The translations under genes were made by a program, and so were the position numbers. From Epiperipatus broadwayi (Eukaryota; Animalia; Onychophora), in assembly GCA_028023455.1 (NCBI GenBank), contig JAQFVV010000001.1, positions 12,400,001 through 12,464,000 on the forward strand: a stretch of DNA of 64,000 nucleotides. The letters are read 5' to 3'. Positions 1 to 13,362 of this stretch are shown in pieces. Numbering within the stretch: the first letter of the stretch is position 1; every line of letters begins with the position of its first letter. The notes under the pieces are model-generated. The model saw only the letters and a program-made list of their open reading frames with translations, did not search any database and was not told the DNA's origin.

Positions 1-14
1 AAAAAAATCATGTT

Positions 15-895
15 TTAATGAGAAGGATGTGATTTTTTGCTGCATAACAAATTAAATCGTGGTGAAATATTTGTTACCGCTGTACATAAATCATCTTCAA
101 TGTTTTTCAGCATTGAAAGATATTTGGGATTTAATATACATTAAAGCTGAAAAGTCATTTCACATAAGTATGTGGTGCTGAATGGCAGAAGAACATTTAA
201 TGGCATTTCAGAAATTGTGAGAAATTCAGCCCTAGCTCCGATCCAGAATTCAGTCAAGGATTTTTGTGGAAAGTCAAGTTTTAAGTTTGTCACGTGATAG
301 CTCAGCAAATTCCCCTTGGGCTTTGTATGGCAGATGATTAATCTCATTAATGTTAATCAGTAATGGTCTTTGAATCCAAGATAACTTTCTGAAATCTAAA
401 TTCGATATAAAGTATTTGCAAAACTGTGTTGTTAGGGTTTTTAAGTGATCTATAATAATTTTTGCAATTAAGTTTTACAATTTTTTTAATTATAAAATTG
501 TCTATAGGCAAAAACATTTTCAATGCATCATTTTCCACCCTATTCTTCCAAATGTTGATCTTTTTAGTAAAACCTTCAATTTTATCATTCGGAGTAAAAT
601 ATTGCTATTTTTTCCTTGAAGAGACAAGTTAAGATCATTTAGCTACTCAAAAATATCAGACAAATAGCACAGTTTTGATAGCTTAAGCCATTTTGAAAAA
701 AAGCAGTAAAATCAGATTTTTGTTCGGTTAAAAATACAATAATTTCTTCTTTTAATAACAATAATCTTCTTAAACTTCACGCTCTTGACATCCATCTTAC
801 TTCTGCATATAATAGTAAATTTTTATATTCAGAGTCCATGTCTTCACAAAGATTTGAAAATAAACGGCTGGGTTGTCTAATTGTGTGTTATTATT
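15..895 (-). mobile_element. Buster-type hAT transposase remnant (C-terminal half, frameshifted)
   Basis: Minus-strand translation across frames gives SRLFSNLCEDMDSEYKNLLLYAEVRWMSR, KLCYLSDIFE*LNDLNLSLQGKNSN, KSLTEFWIGARAEFLTISEMPLNVLLPFSTTYLCE and NIEDDLCTAVTNISPRFNLLCSKKSHPSH* (stop at 15-17). These are hallmark motifs of Buster/SCAND3/ZBED8-like transposases. Confidence 0.85.
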
Positions 896-898
896 AAT

Positions 899-1794
899 AA
901 TATAAATTTCATTAACACTCCTTTAACACTTTAAGCAAATAATCTTTATTTATTTATAACAGTTTTGACTGTCCTAGCAATCTTCTTCAGATCTACAACA
1001 AAAATTATATAAATATTACATCAATACAACCAAAAATTCTTATTCTTTATATTTTCATACAACCACCATTATAAAATTATAATAAAACAAAGTAATGCTA
1101 AGTAAAACAACTCATTCCAAAAACTTTTAAGCAAAATTTTTAAACTTTTAAAATCCAAAATAGAAAAATTAAAATAAATATAGCTTTACTTCTCACTATA
1201 TGTAAAATATATAATTGTTAATTAGAGAAGATGCTCAGAATCAAATGATCACAAAAGAAAAATAAAGGAGGCATTTTACATCAATGGCAACATCCATGCC
1301 ATTAATAGAAAGGACACTTGCTTCGAGATCTCGAAGAAATGGGCTACGTAATACTAGCTTATTTGAATATTTGTATTTGCATATTTTATTATACATTTTA
1401 TGAAGGCTATGAATATGAGGCATGGATCCTCGAAAACGTTAAGCCGATAAACTTTAATACTAATTAATATCTTCTCTAATTAACAAAAATTAAAATATTA
1501 AAATTTCTTTAAAATTATTTTTAAAATTACAACCAAAATAAATGTATGAAAATAATTTTGTTTAAAAGTTTTTGGAATGAGTTGTTTTGCTTTGCAATAT
1601 TTTGTTTTATTATAATTTTATAATGATGATTGTATGAAAATATAAAGAAGAAGAATTTTTGGTTGTATTGATGTAATATTTGTATAATTTTTTGTTGTAG
1701 ATCTGAAGAAGACTGCTAGGACAGTCGAAACTGTTATAAATAAATAAAGATTATTTGCTTCAAGTGTTAAAGGAGTGTTAATGAAGTTTATATT
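899..1794. repeat. Long inverted repeat (fold-back), ~240-bp arms with ~410-bp spacer
   Basis: 899-1140 is the reverse complement of ~1551-1794, e.g. cattaacactcctttaacact / agtgttaaaggagtgttaatg and ctcattccaaaaactttt / aaaagtttttggaatgag. Confidence 0.85.
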
Positions 1795-1989
1795 GAAATA
1801 TAAAAAGAAACAAAATATAGAGGGAGAAAGAAGTAAATAAGAGTTATTATTAACAAGTTGTTTGTATTTGAAAAGTTTAAAATTTTCTGTACATTCAACA
1901 TTTACTAATAGATGATGAAAATAGTCCAACATATTATCACATTTAATACACCATCATCATAAACTTTCAGATAGATTTTATCAATAATT

Positions 1990-3750
1990 TGTATAATCCT
2001 ACATTGGAAAACTGCTTACGAATAGTATATTTTATAAGAATTTTATTGTACTGCATAACAAATGATATTATTTAATTTGATTAATAGAAAATTTTAAAAA
2101 ACTATCTTCAATATTGTGATACATTTTTTTAAAAATTTGATCATAGTCTTTTTGCACAAATAAGTCAAGTGTTTGGACCTTTCTGAAATATGTTTATAGT
2201 AGTATTTATGGATCGTCATTTCTTTGCATAAGACAGGTTTCATATATTTTTTACTAATTAAATCATTTTCAGGTTGTTGTTTTTAAATACTTTCTAACTT
2301 ATTTGCATTCTTAACATAATCAATTTTTATTTTATTTGCCATTTTGTGTCACCTTTTGTAAAGCTATTTATTATAGTATTATTTTTAAATGTCACTCTTT
2401 TTTGTTTTAACTTTAATTTTACAATTTATTTTTCCATTTTCCATATCCACATTTTAATGATTTCTAAAAAAATTTTTGCCTCTTTTTAATTTATTATTTG
2501 AAAGTAATATAAGATAATAAAGTTTAAAGTTACACATCTTTATAACTCTCAACAACTTTGATATTACATATGTTGGATACAAATTTGTGTTAGACAATTA
2601 TGAGCTGGAAAAGAAGTTGATAACTTTAATAAAATTTAATTATTGTTTTATGATGATATTTGGTTACCAAAAATTGCACTGATGATTGACTACTCTGCTA
2701 TAATCAATTAATGATGGCATATATTTTACTGTAAATTTGGTTGCCATGTTGTAATTAAAATAAATTGCTATGGTTACTATTATATAACAAAATTTTTGGT
2801 AGCTTTGATTACTATGATTTAATTAAATTACAGCAGTATCTGAAGATAATGATTTACCCATATTGATCAAAATAATTCTGACTTTGATAATATATAAAGT
2901 AGACAAATATTACAACAAATTGTAATGATTGTTTGAGAATATGATTGATAGCTGTAATGACTGGTTACAGAAAAACTGATAACATTATTTTTAAATTTTT
3001 ATTCTAACTGTGTAGTAATTAGTAATAGTGGTGTAGTTTGGTACATTATGATATTCTTTCACCTGGGAGACTGCTCAAATTGCTGTATAATTTTCAAAAG
3101 TTTAGGTTTTGGTTTGATCCTTGAATATCTATTGTTTTTAGTGCTGAAACTTTGATTAGTTTTTTTTTCAAAGACATTTGCATTGCTGACTTCTGGATTG
3201 TTTTTTCTATTAATATTTGGAATGTTATGTTCACTTCTGTAATTGAGCATCACTTGGTTTTTCTGTTGATGGTTGAAAAAACTGATATTATTTATCTGTG
3301 ACTGATTGTAGAAACTTATATATTTTCTTTGTCCTTTTTTTGTGATTTGATTTGAGGACATGTCATTGTGAAATCTAGACCCAAGATCACTGAACTCAGG
3401 TTAATGTTTTATTTTGGTTAGAATATTTTGTGAACTAGGCAATTTGTACATATGAGTGAGTTAATATTTTTAATTCTTATTTGTTCAGTTGGATTTCTCT
3501 TAATATTTACTATGTGTCTGATAAATTGCTTCTGCGTGTTCAGTATTACTGATGAAGTTTATTGAGTTTTTAAATTAGATCAATTCATGGGATTCTGTTT
3601 TAACATTTTTTTGGAATCCTGTATCAATAATGGTCCAGTGAGTAACATTTATTGGTGATGTGTGATACATTGTTTATTTTAATTTAGCTATTAAAGGCAG
3701 ATTTTATATTCTTTAAGCCAACATAGTCTTGAGCCTGATCTGTGCACTTA
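1990..3750 (-). mobile_element. Highly decayed non-LTR retrotransposon 5' part (ORF1 zinc-knuckle-like and possible endonuclease remnant)
   Basis: Minus strand reads KLNKTSSVILNTQKQFIRHIVNIKRNPTEQIRIKNINSLICTNCLVH (CxxC, gag-like), then an N/Q-rich ORF (3059-3361), then NANKLEKYLKNNNLKMI, which resembles an APE endonuclease motif. Many stops. Confidence 0.35.
2650..2990. repeat. Unclassified decayed interspersed repeat (family C), copy 1
   Basis: Colinear similarity to 4500-4870 (tttggttacc/tttggttatc, atgattgactac, aattaatgatggcat/aattaatgatagcat, ctttgatta, gactggttac/gattggttac). Confidence 0.5.
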
Positions 3751-4499
3751 ATGTTAGGTAGTTTTTTTTTTTTTTCAGACTGGTTTAATATGATGGATCA
3801 TTGTCAGTATCATCATACTGATTGGGTATGAGTGTGTTTCCTCTAGTGTTATGTATTTTGCCTGCCACATGATAAACGTTTAATTTCTTAACCAGATTTA
3901 TTGCTCTGCAGCATTACTTTAATTTCAGAAAAATATTTTTTTTAATAATAGTTTGATCACTAATTGACTTAGCCAAGGATATTTGGACTATAGTAGTCCA
4001 CTATCTTACATTTAATTGATTGTGTAATATATAGAGGATTGAGAGAGAAGTAACCTGTCAAATTAACTATTTGTTCAAAAATTAGCTCGGGTGGATGTGA
4101 AGGAGCATTGAAATCACAAAATTTTATAGATTGTAGTTGAAGTTAATTAAAGATGCAACTTTTAATTTAGATTTATCCGAATTGCCTTTAAAAAAGTTTA
4201 AACTGCCTAGTAATCTAAGCCTGATTTCTTATTTGCGGTTTAAAAAAAAAATTGAACACTAATTGAGCTTAATCTTAACATTTTAATTTTACTCCTTTTC
4301 ACTACTTAACAATTTTTTATCTTGCTCAGTGTGCCACATGTGTTATGTTTGACAATAATATGAAGATATTAAAGTTTAAAGTTATAAATTTATATTAATT
4401 AAATATTTTATTATTACACACAACAGGCACAAGTTTGCATTAGTTCATTTGGAGCATGAAATGGAAGTCTGTTGTGGGAAATAGAATCTTAGTTTCATA

Positions 4500-4870
4500 A
4501 TAGCATTTGGTTATCAGAATGTAATCATGACATTAATGATTGACTACCATGATGTAATTAATTAATGATAGCATTTATTACTGCATTATACTTGGATTAT
4601 AATGGATTGGTATTTTGATTATTGTCATGTAACAAAGTTTCATTGGCTTTGATTATCATATTGTAGTCAAATTATAAAAATGCTTGTTGGTCATGATTAT
4701 CTGTATTGGTAACAGTGATTCAGAGTTTGTTTTAATATAAAAAATAGATGCAAAAACCACATTGAAAGTCATATATTGTCACTTAATAAGGTATTAATAG
4801 CAGAATCATTGATTGATAACTCATATCAAGTTTTTTAATGAAACTCCATGATTGGTTACTAACAGTTTAT
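4500..4870. repeat. Unclassified decayed interspersed repeat (family C), copy 2
   Basis: Direct, diverged copy of 2650-2990. Confidence 0.5.
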
Positions 4871-4955
4871 ACTTAAGTTTACAACACAAACATTTAACTT
4901 GTACTTTCTTGTTCTGATCTTATTACTTAAAAGCTACTATTATATGTATATTCTT

Positions 4956-5345
4956 TAAACAAAGCAAAATTCTCCATACAGTAGTGCCAACCAAAGTAAT
5001 CAATGGATGCCAGAAGGCTTGTGCATAAAATCCCTATCTAGTGCCTACTCATCCAATATCCCCAGACTAGTTTCTGGCTTGTGGCCTTTGTCAGTGTGGA
5101 GCCTTGGATCTGAGAGCAATGCACCTAGATCTTAGGATCTAATGCAACCCTCCAGGCTCCTTACTGATGAAGGCCACAAGCCAGAAACTAGTCTGGGGAT
5201 ATTGGATGAGTAGGCACTAGATAGGGATTTTATGCACAAGCTTTCTGGCATCCATTGATTATTACTCTGGTTGGCACAGGGTGGCACTACTGTATGGAGA
5301 GTTTTGCCTTGTTTAATAACAATTGTGCTAATATAAGAGATAGTG
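4956..5345. repeat. Family A fold-back element, copy 1
   Basis: Core gtaatcaatggatgccagaaggcttgtgcataaaatccctatctagtgcctactcatccaatatccccagactagtttct on + (~4996-5074) is repeated in reverse complement at ~5184-5262. The same core recurs at 13.0, 25.1, 27.4 and 27.8-28.4 kb. Confidence 0.9.
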
Positions 5346-5629
5346 ATCATATATATGCTCTCTTCTTTTTTTTTTATCTATATTTTATTGATTAAATGCC
5401 TAATGTTTTGTTATGTACTTTATTTTGGCTATAATTTTTCTTTTAAAATGTTATTAAAAAGTTATTTTTATTTTTTTAAAAATTTGATTCAGTATCAAAA
5501 TCATAAAATAGTTATTTTTGAAACGTTTTCCCCTCCTTTTGTTTTATTTTTCTTAATTGAATGTTTTTATTTCAATCATTGTTATGCTTTTTATCAGGGA
5601 ATATATATATATAATGTTTAATATATATG

Positions 5630-6200
5630 GATAATTATATTGTTGTGCAACCAATTTATTAAATGCTTTCACTGAATGTTTACAAGAGTTAAAGTTTCTT
5701 ATTTAAAGTCTTAAAAAATGTAATACATTTTTTGTTCCTCCTGTTTCAGCAAATAATTGGAAAAGATTTTCTAGAATTTTTGTCACCAGTTAGATTGAAA
5801 TTCAACATATACTGATAAATTTTGTAACAAGTTTGCTTATGCACCATTATTGATTTGCACTTCTCTTTGACTTCAGTTTCTTACACATAGAATCACTTGG
5901 AATGGTTCTTTCTTAATTAGATTATATCGAGACATAATGCACATATCTATGACTTATATACTAATTGCTATATGATGATGTAAGTAAATCATCTGTCACT
6001 TCATACAAAGATCACTTCAATATTTTTTGTAGCAGATGTCTATATGATTTCTCCATAATGATTCAGCAATTTTTTTTTCTACATTTCTTTGTGTTTATTG
6101 TAAAGTTCTGAAAATAAATCACAAAAATTCACTATTCTTTTCCACCATATATTTTTATTTTTCAGATTGTCCCAAATTATTTTCTAATATTCTTTGTTAT
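5630..6200 (-). repeat. Unclassified repeat (family D), inverted relative to 9395-9990
   Basis: Reverse complement aligns with 9395-9990: ggacaatctg..aaataaaaatatatggtggaaa, atagtgaatttttgt, gatgatttactta, gtaagaaa.tgaagt.aaagagaag, tgcaaatcaataat, agcaaacttgttaca, aattatttgctgaaa. Confidence 0.75.
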
Positions 6201-6870
6201 TTATATTGAGAATTCCTAAATTAAATTTATTTAATTGATAATAAAAAAAATAAACTCAAAATGTGAGAGCTACATATATTATAACTAAATTATCTGACAG
6301 CAGCTCAAATTAGTTGTATTGCAAAGTTGCATGAAAAAAGAATTTTTTTGGTTTAAAAAATTAGAAGAAAAGTTAATTTATGCATTTGATAACATGAAAT
6401 TTTTTATAAAGTTTCTTTGTGATAAATGAGAAACAATAACATGATAAATTTCATTGTAAAGGGAGAAAGAAAAATAGTTTGATGTATACATGAATTAAAC
6501 AATTTGCTAATTCCTAAAATAAATGTAATGGCAAATCTGAATATGATATTAAAATTTTGGAGTTAATAATATTTTAAAAATTAGCAATCAAAATTTAAAA
6601 GTCGGTGATGGTTTTTTTCCCTTTCACTAACTAATGTATATAAAGAAAGAAGAAAACCTATTTTTTCTTTTGTTCATTTATCAAATCATGATACAATGTT
6701 AAAATATCTAAAATTATTTGTTTTCACATGTTACGAAAGGAATAAAATTTATTTTAAAAAAAATATATAAAGAAACAAGTCAAATCTTGTAACTAACTGT
6801 TGATGAATCCGTTGTTTGGAAAACATGTTGAACAACATCATATAAGGATAAGTAGATCTGAAATAAGAAA

Positions 6871-8801
6871 TTAGGGGTTGACATACAGCAAAGTGTTTTC
6901 TTCTTGGATTGTGCCTATCTTACTATGTAAATAAGTTGGGAATTGGGAAAGCTCAGATCTTGTAACATTTTGCTTAAAAAACATTAATCCAGCAACTAAA
7001 ACTGATGTGACCGATTTTGCTTTGATGAGATTCAAATTGTTTTCTTGCAGTTGTAAATTAACACCATTAAATTTGCCAAATAAGTTGGTTAAATAAGCAA
7101 TATCTGTTTTAAGTAAATTTTTTTTCAAACTGGAATGTTCATCTTCCAAAGCTCTAAAACAGATTGGAAAGGTGCAAAAAATCTCAGCAAACATAAATTT
7201 TTTGAAAGCCAGTGAACATCGGTATGGAGAACCAATCGATAGAAATTTTCATCACTTTCTTCGCATAATCGAGTGAACAGTCTAGTGTTCAAAGCATTAC
7301 TTCGAATGTTGTTCACAGATAACAAACTGAAGCAATTGATGCAATTTGTCGTTAAGATTCTTGGCTATTAATTGTTGCTATGAATTATGAATTATTACTT
7401 CAGGTAAGTTGTTTCTGGTAACTACGAAACTGTGATAATGAACAACCATAGCTGGTGCACCATCTGTCACAACAAATATTATATATGTCAGTGGAATTGC
7501 TTTTTCCCTGAAAAATATCTCCATTAAATTAAAAATCGATTAATCTCTGGTGTCAGTTTCTAAAGTTCTAGCAAAAAGCAGCTCTTCATGCACTTTCCTG
7601 ATCTTGAATAAAATGAATATACGCAACAAAGCTTCATTTCCAGGCAATGCTGACTCGTCCAATTGGAGGGAAAAACATTATTTTACAAATGATTACACAG
7701 TTTTCCACTCTGTGACTCATTTCGTCGATGTCTTTGAACTGTGTTATTTGCTCAAATGAATCTTTTTTATAACATCTTATGAAAGTTTGTGGCTATAGTT
7801 TTCAATATCTCAACAACAGCCAATAGAATCAGTTTCTTCCCTATGGTGTATGGCTTGCCAAACTTTATGATGAGTAAGGATATGTTATACGATGCCCTTA
7901 ATCCATCATCATTTTACTTTGATGATGAAACAAACATATCTATTGTAGTTCTCTTCAGAATTTTATCTTTTAAGTGATTGAAAGTATGACAGTCTTTTTT
8001 GTCAGGATGAATTCTGTTCAAGTGATCTGCTAGTTTTAATGGATCATAGCACCATGCTAAAGACTTCGCATATGAGGTACATTGGTAAATATTAGTTTAA
8101 TAATAACGGGACAAGTGCTAGCTTCAAATAGTCCAAGCTGTACTGTCTGCATTTTTTTTTTTGATTCAGTCATATTATTACCATAAGAAATAAAAACTTT
8201 TATTAACAAACAATTTCAACAGCCCCTGTGATAAAAAAACAAACAAACAATAAAGTATGTACTTTATTGAAACAAGATTTTTGTTCAAACTCGAACTAAG
8301 TCGTCTGATTTTCTTTTTCATAGTACTGCTCCTCAATAAATAATTATATTCAAAGTTCAAATCACAAAAACGTACATGTCACATCAAACAAACCAATTTA
8401 TAGCATTTCAAAAGCATGACTGCTCTATCGAATATCGTCTCATCATCCCACCGCAAGTGCGGACATCCAACAGTTTTTCATATCTTCACCTGCTTTGATA
8501 CATTTGACAAAAACAATTCACAGACATGTTTGTGCTACATGTATTTTATGAATTCTTATGCACGACTCTTAATGACACATTTTATCTTTTCATTTGCAAG
8601 TTTGATATATAATGTGTTTTTATCAAAAAAGGGTTTTTTGAATTATTTTACTTCTTAATTAGGTTCCTATTGGAATCATAGATATTTTGAAATAACAAAT
8701 AGCAGTAGTAAGAGGTCTATTTTTGCTGATGTCGACCCCCAATTTTTTTTGTTGATACTATCCACCCCAGGAAATCAGTATCAAACACTTTGGGAACTCT
8801 T
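6871..8801 (-). mobile_element. Buster-type hAT transposon, 3'-truncated, with pseudogenised transposase (~8173-6871)
   Basis: Minus-strand start MTESKKK(K)CRQYSLDYLK at 8173, then GLRASYNISLLIIKFGKPYTIG, LDESALPGNEALL, VHEELLFARTLETDT, VTDGAPAM, LFTRLCEESDENFYRLVLHTDVHWLSK and IAYLTNLFGKFNGVNLQLQ. A hAT-like terminus remnant (AGAGTTCCCAAAGTG on -) lies at ~8786-8800. Confidence 0.9.
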
Positions 8802-8919
8802 ATATGAATAAAAGGGGTGTAAAAATTATTTATTTTTTCTTCCTTTTAACAAATTGAAAAGCAAACAGTTTATTTCATTAATAGTTTTTATTAGTCATTC
8901 ATTAGGCTAGAGATTATCC

Positions 8920-9350
8920 ACTTAATGAACAATATTTCTGGTAGTGTAATTTTTACTACACTACTCCTATGCAAGATAGGAACTGGTTTCTATCTACTTT
9001 TATCACCTTGTAGAAGGATGTAATCATAATCATACGACCAATGACATGTGAAAAAGATATATCCAAGACTTGGATATATCTTTTTCACATTACATTTCAT
9101 GCTGATCCAGCAGTCATCGAGTGCTTATTGGTTCAGCATGAAATGTGCTTCTTAGGGATCATAGATCTTTTTTCACATGTCCTTCTACAAAGTGTTAAAA
9201 GCAGATAGAAAACAGTCACTATCTTGTGTGAGAGTCATGTAGTAAAAATTATACTATAGAAATATTATTCATTAAGTTTATTTATCACTACTTTGCGTGA
9301 GAGCATGTAGTAAAAATTATGCTACAGAAATATTATTCATTAAGTTTATT
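8920..9350. repeat. Family B fold-back with two internal hairpins and a short tandem duplication
   Basis: Outer arms ~8920-9020 / ~9178-9278. Perfect 22-bp palindrome atgtgaaaaagatatatccaag-a-cttggatatatctttttcacat (9046-9090). 14-bp arms acatttcatgctga / tcagcatgaaatgt (~9092-9146). The right-arm end is duplicated at ~9290-9350. Confidence 0.8.
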
Positions 9351-9394
9351 CAGTGTTAGTTAAATACATTTAATTTATGAATACTTAATATAAT

Positions 9395-9990
9395 CAAACA
9401 AGAAAATTAGGAACTAATTTTGGACAATCTGGAAAAATAAAAATATATGGTGGAAAAGGGGATATAGTGAATTTTTGTAGATTATTTGTAGAACTTTATG
9501 ATAAACTTGAAATGTGGGTGGGAAAGGGGGTATTATGAATCACATCTGCTAAAAAAATATTAGTAGTCTTTTGGTTGGAGTGGCTGATGATTTACTTATA
9601 GATTTATCACATAACAGTCATGGATATTTGCATTATATCGCAATACACCTGAATAAGGAAGGACCATTCCATATAATTCTTCATGTAAGAAATTGAAGTA
9701 AAAGAGAAGTTGCAGCAAAACTTACATTGCAAATCAATAATAATGCATTAGCAAACTTGTTACAAGTTTTTTGGGTACATGATATATCATGTAATCCAAC
9801 TGATGATGAGAAGACTGCTATTATTATTCTATTTTAGCAAAAATTTTAAGTTTTTTAAAAATTATTTGCTGAAAAAGACGAATCAAAAAATTGATATTTA
9901 TCACATTGTAAAGAATCACGAATGATATTTAGATAAACTTTAATATTCTATGAAGATATTTTATGAAATGTTTGCAAAACGATATATTCA
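9395..9990 (+). repeat. Unclassified repeat (family D), second copy
   Basis: Inverted, diverged copy of 5630-6200. Confidence 0.75.
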
Positions 9991-12900
9991 GCTATTGATT
10001 TTAGCATAAGCCATGCTGATATAATGATTTAAAGCAGGCAGGAACATTTTGTGGCATGGTTAATATTGAGAATAATTTAAAGTATTTTTTTATATGATAA
10101 ATTAAACGTAATTTATTTATATTGAATCATTTATAATAAATTACTATTCCTAATTTTACATAATGGTGTGTTTTTGATGATATTCATTTTTGTGTTGAAA
10201 GATAACTGTTTGTTTTAAATATTGATCCCATGGTTTATTAAAATGAAATCTAAAATAAAATTACATATAAAAGTAGGACAAGAGAAAACAAATCTTTATT
10301 GAAATTTTTTTAGGTAATAAAATAGAAAATCATTTGACACCCCAACTCTTATCTGAAAGAGAAATGAATTCTTTAGTAAGACCCTTCATTTTTGATATAT
10401 CTGATTTAGGGGCCCACCATTAGCATAATAAATAGCCTTATTTTTTCCTTTGATGTAAAACAGCCTAACCAAAACAAAAAGTTTTGAGATATTTAATAAA
10501 AAAAAAAAAAACACTTGATATTTTTTCCCACTTTCTGTTGATTGATTTTATAATTAATCAAATTAGAATACAGTATTTTAAATGCCATAAAGTGACCCAT
10601 AATATATTTGTAAACTTAGTGTTTTATATATATGTGTGTGTGTGTATTTGGAATTGTATTTTTTTTTTTTTCTATAAATGTTTAATTGTATTAATTTAGT
10701 TATTAAGTGACAAAAGTTATTGATCGTGCACTTTCTAATTTTAAATTTAGGTATATTATAAGCTCATAAATTTACTTTGTCAATTTATATTTTATGAAGT
10801 TTTCTATACAAAGTTTTTTTTTTACGAATTATAATCTTAAACTAATTCATTTAATAATAAAAAAAAAGACATTTAATATTTTGAATAAGTTATGGTCTGA
10901 TGGTTATGTATTTGAACTTTTTGGTTGCTATATATTTTTGTATGATAAATATTTTTTCATTTCAATTTCATCCCTCTCTTCAATTTAAAAATAATGAGCT
11001 GACGGGGGGGGGGGGTTGTTATGAACAATGCATTCAATACACCATGAAACCCCATGATCAGTCTGCTGCTATTTCATTGGTGGCATTATCCTTCACATTG
11101 TTAATACAAACATTGCTCATGCTCTGTGAAGTGAGAGAACATGATTAGATGTTCTCATGATTATGTGAATTAAAAGGTTGGCGGGGGGGGGGGGTGGATG
11201 TGTGATCATCCTGTCATTTGTAATCTCACGTGAGCTACAGTCAAGCTCAATATTTTATTGGAATAAAGAATACTTTTAGGTGCAGTCTTATTGCATTTTA
11301 CTATTTTCAAAATTCCCCATGGCCTCATCTATTTTCAGGTAATTATGTATTTATAACCATTTAAAGGCTGATCTTTGGTATAATTGTTTTTCAACTTTGA
11401 AAGTTATAACGGTGATGTTATATAAGATTTAAAAAGTTGTACATTTTATTGTGAATGAAATATTTATTTTAAATTATTAAATTTTTGCAACATTCTACCA
11501 AATCTTAATTTTAGTGTTTTTAAATATTTACAAACGAATTATTTTCTATAATGTGTATATACCGTATTGGTTTGATCGATTTCCCTGAAATTGTTACATG
11601 ACTGACTATTCAGTCTCGTTGGGGGTTTTTTTTTTTAGTTACTATAGCAATTTTTATCAAGGTTGATTTAAATACATTAAATATTTCACTAGAAATTCTG
11701 AAATGTATATATATATGTGTAAACATTCTGCATAGCATTATAAGAAAAAATTACTATATTATTGAATATTGATAGTTTTAATTAACTTTTCTATATATAG
11801 TTTCATTAAGACAAGCAAGATATTTAGAAATATACTTATATGTATATACTTTTGAATATCAATAGAATAGCATGCTAAATGTACTTTAAATTAGCAATTG
11901 CAAGTGCTTATATGGCTTAACTTATACTTTTTGCTATATGTTTGCTATGTCCTTTATAATTCATTAGTAATAGTTGGCATGTTGTTGTTTTTTCTGTCTT
12001 ATTTTTAATCTATTAGTAGCAAATTAATGGTTAAAAAATGCATTCACAAAAGTTGACAAGTATATGTTATAAAAATATATACTGTATTTTTTAATTACAT
12101 AATTGCATCAGAATAGTTTTGGTTAATGACTATTAGAAAATATATTTTATATAAAATTTTAAGCAATTTATATATTTTTAAGCTTAAAAAATTAAGTGAT
12201 GTGAATATATTTGAAACTCAGTAAATTTAAAAAAATATTTTTATAGCACAGATGGATAAGATTATTTGAACCTCTTCACATTAAATAGTTAAACTAGAAA
12301 TGTACAAAATTTACTTTCATAAAAGAATGATTGTTAGTGGCAGTAGATATCAGTGAGCCAATATGATTCCCAAATCTTAAAAAATTTTGCCTCAAGATTT
12401 TGTAGACTGAGTGCTGAAAAATAATAGTTGTGGGTCTTTTGTGAGATAACAAGCTATGATGTTTTTTTGTTTTTGAAAATGGTGTTCAGCTTATAGCATT
12501 TATGGATGTAAATCATTATCTAAATCAAACAAGTATAGTGTTATATTTTACTTTTAGCCATATTCTTGAAACCATACAAAGTAAATTGCTAAAAAATTTG
12601 CTCTTATCAATGGTTTCCATCTTTCATGGGGGTGATAAATTTAGCATGGTTCACTACAGAATGTAGGATCTGATTGGTCTAGTTTGTCTATTTGACATAA
12701 GATCCAACTTTTCTTAAACATTAAACTTTTATTAAAATACTTATCTTTCAAAGAAGTTTATGCTTTTTTATGGTGTACCTAGAATTTCTTCATATTAAAG
12801 ACAGAGAAATATTATATATATGTAAGTTATCAACATTCCTCATTGATCAAAATGAAAATATAACTTATTTATGCTCACATTATCTTTCAATAAAATTTAC

Positions 12901-13007
12901 ATCAGTAAGTTTACATATTGTTTACACAGTCTCCAATTTTTTTTTATTTCATATAACTTACTAGCCACACGTATTAATGAACAAAAAATAAGATCAGATA
13001 TGTATAT

Positions 13008-13362
13008 TTTTAAAACAGGCAAAACTATATACAGCAATGCCACTCAGTGCAAGCCAGAGTAATCAATTGATGCCAGAAGGCTTGTGCATAAAATTCCTAT
13101 CTAGTGCCTACTCATCCAATATCCCCAGACTAGTTTCTAGCTTGTGGCTTTCATCAGTGAGGAACCTTGGGTCTGAGAGCACTGCACCTAGATCTTAGAA
13201 ATTAGTCTGGGGATATTGGATGAGTAAGCACTAGATAGGGATTTTATGCACAAACTTTCTGTCATCTATTGATTACCCTGGTTTGCATTAAGTGGTTTTG
13301 CCTATTTTTATAACAGTTATGATCAAGCATAAGAAATGGTGATTATGTGATTTATGTGTTTT
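13008..13362. repeat. Family A fold-back element, copy 2
   Basis: + core from ~13050 to tagatcttag (13198), then turns into the - core (aaattagtctggggatattggatgag...). Confidence 0.9.

Noticed and set aside
8815-10344. Possible hAT-like TIR pair ggggtgtaaaa / tttgacacccc
   Set aside because: Too short, and no TSD.
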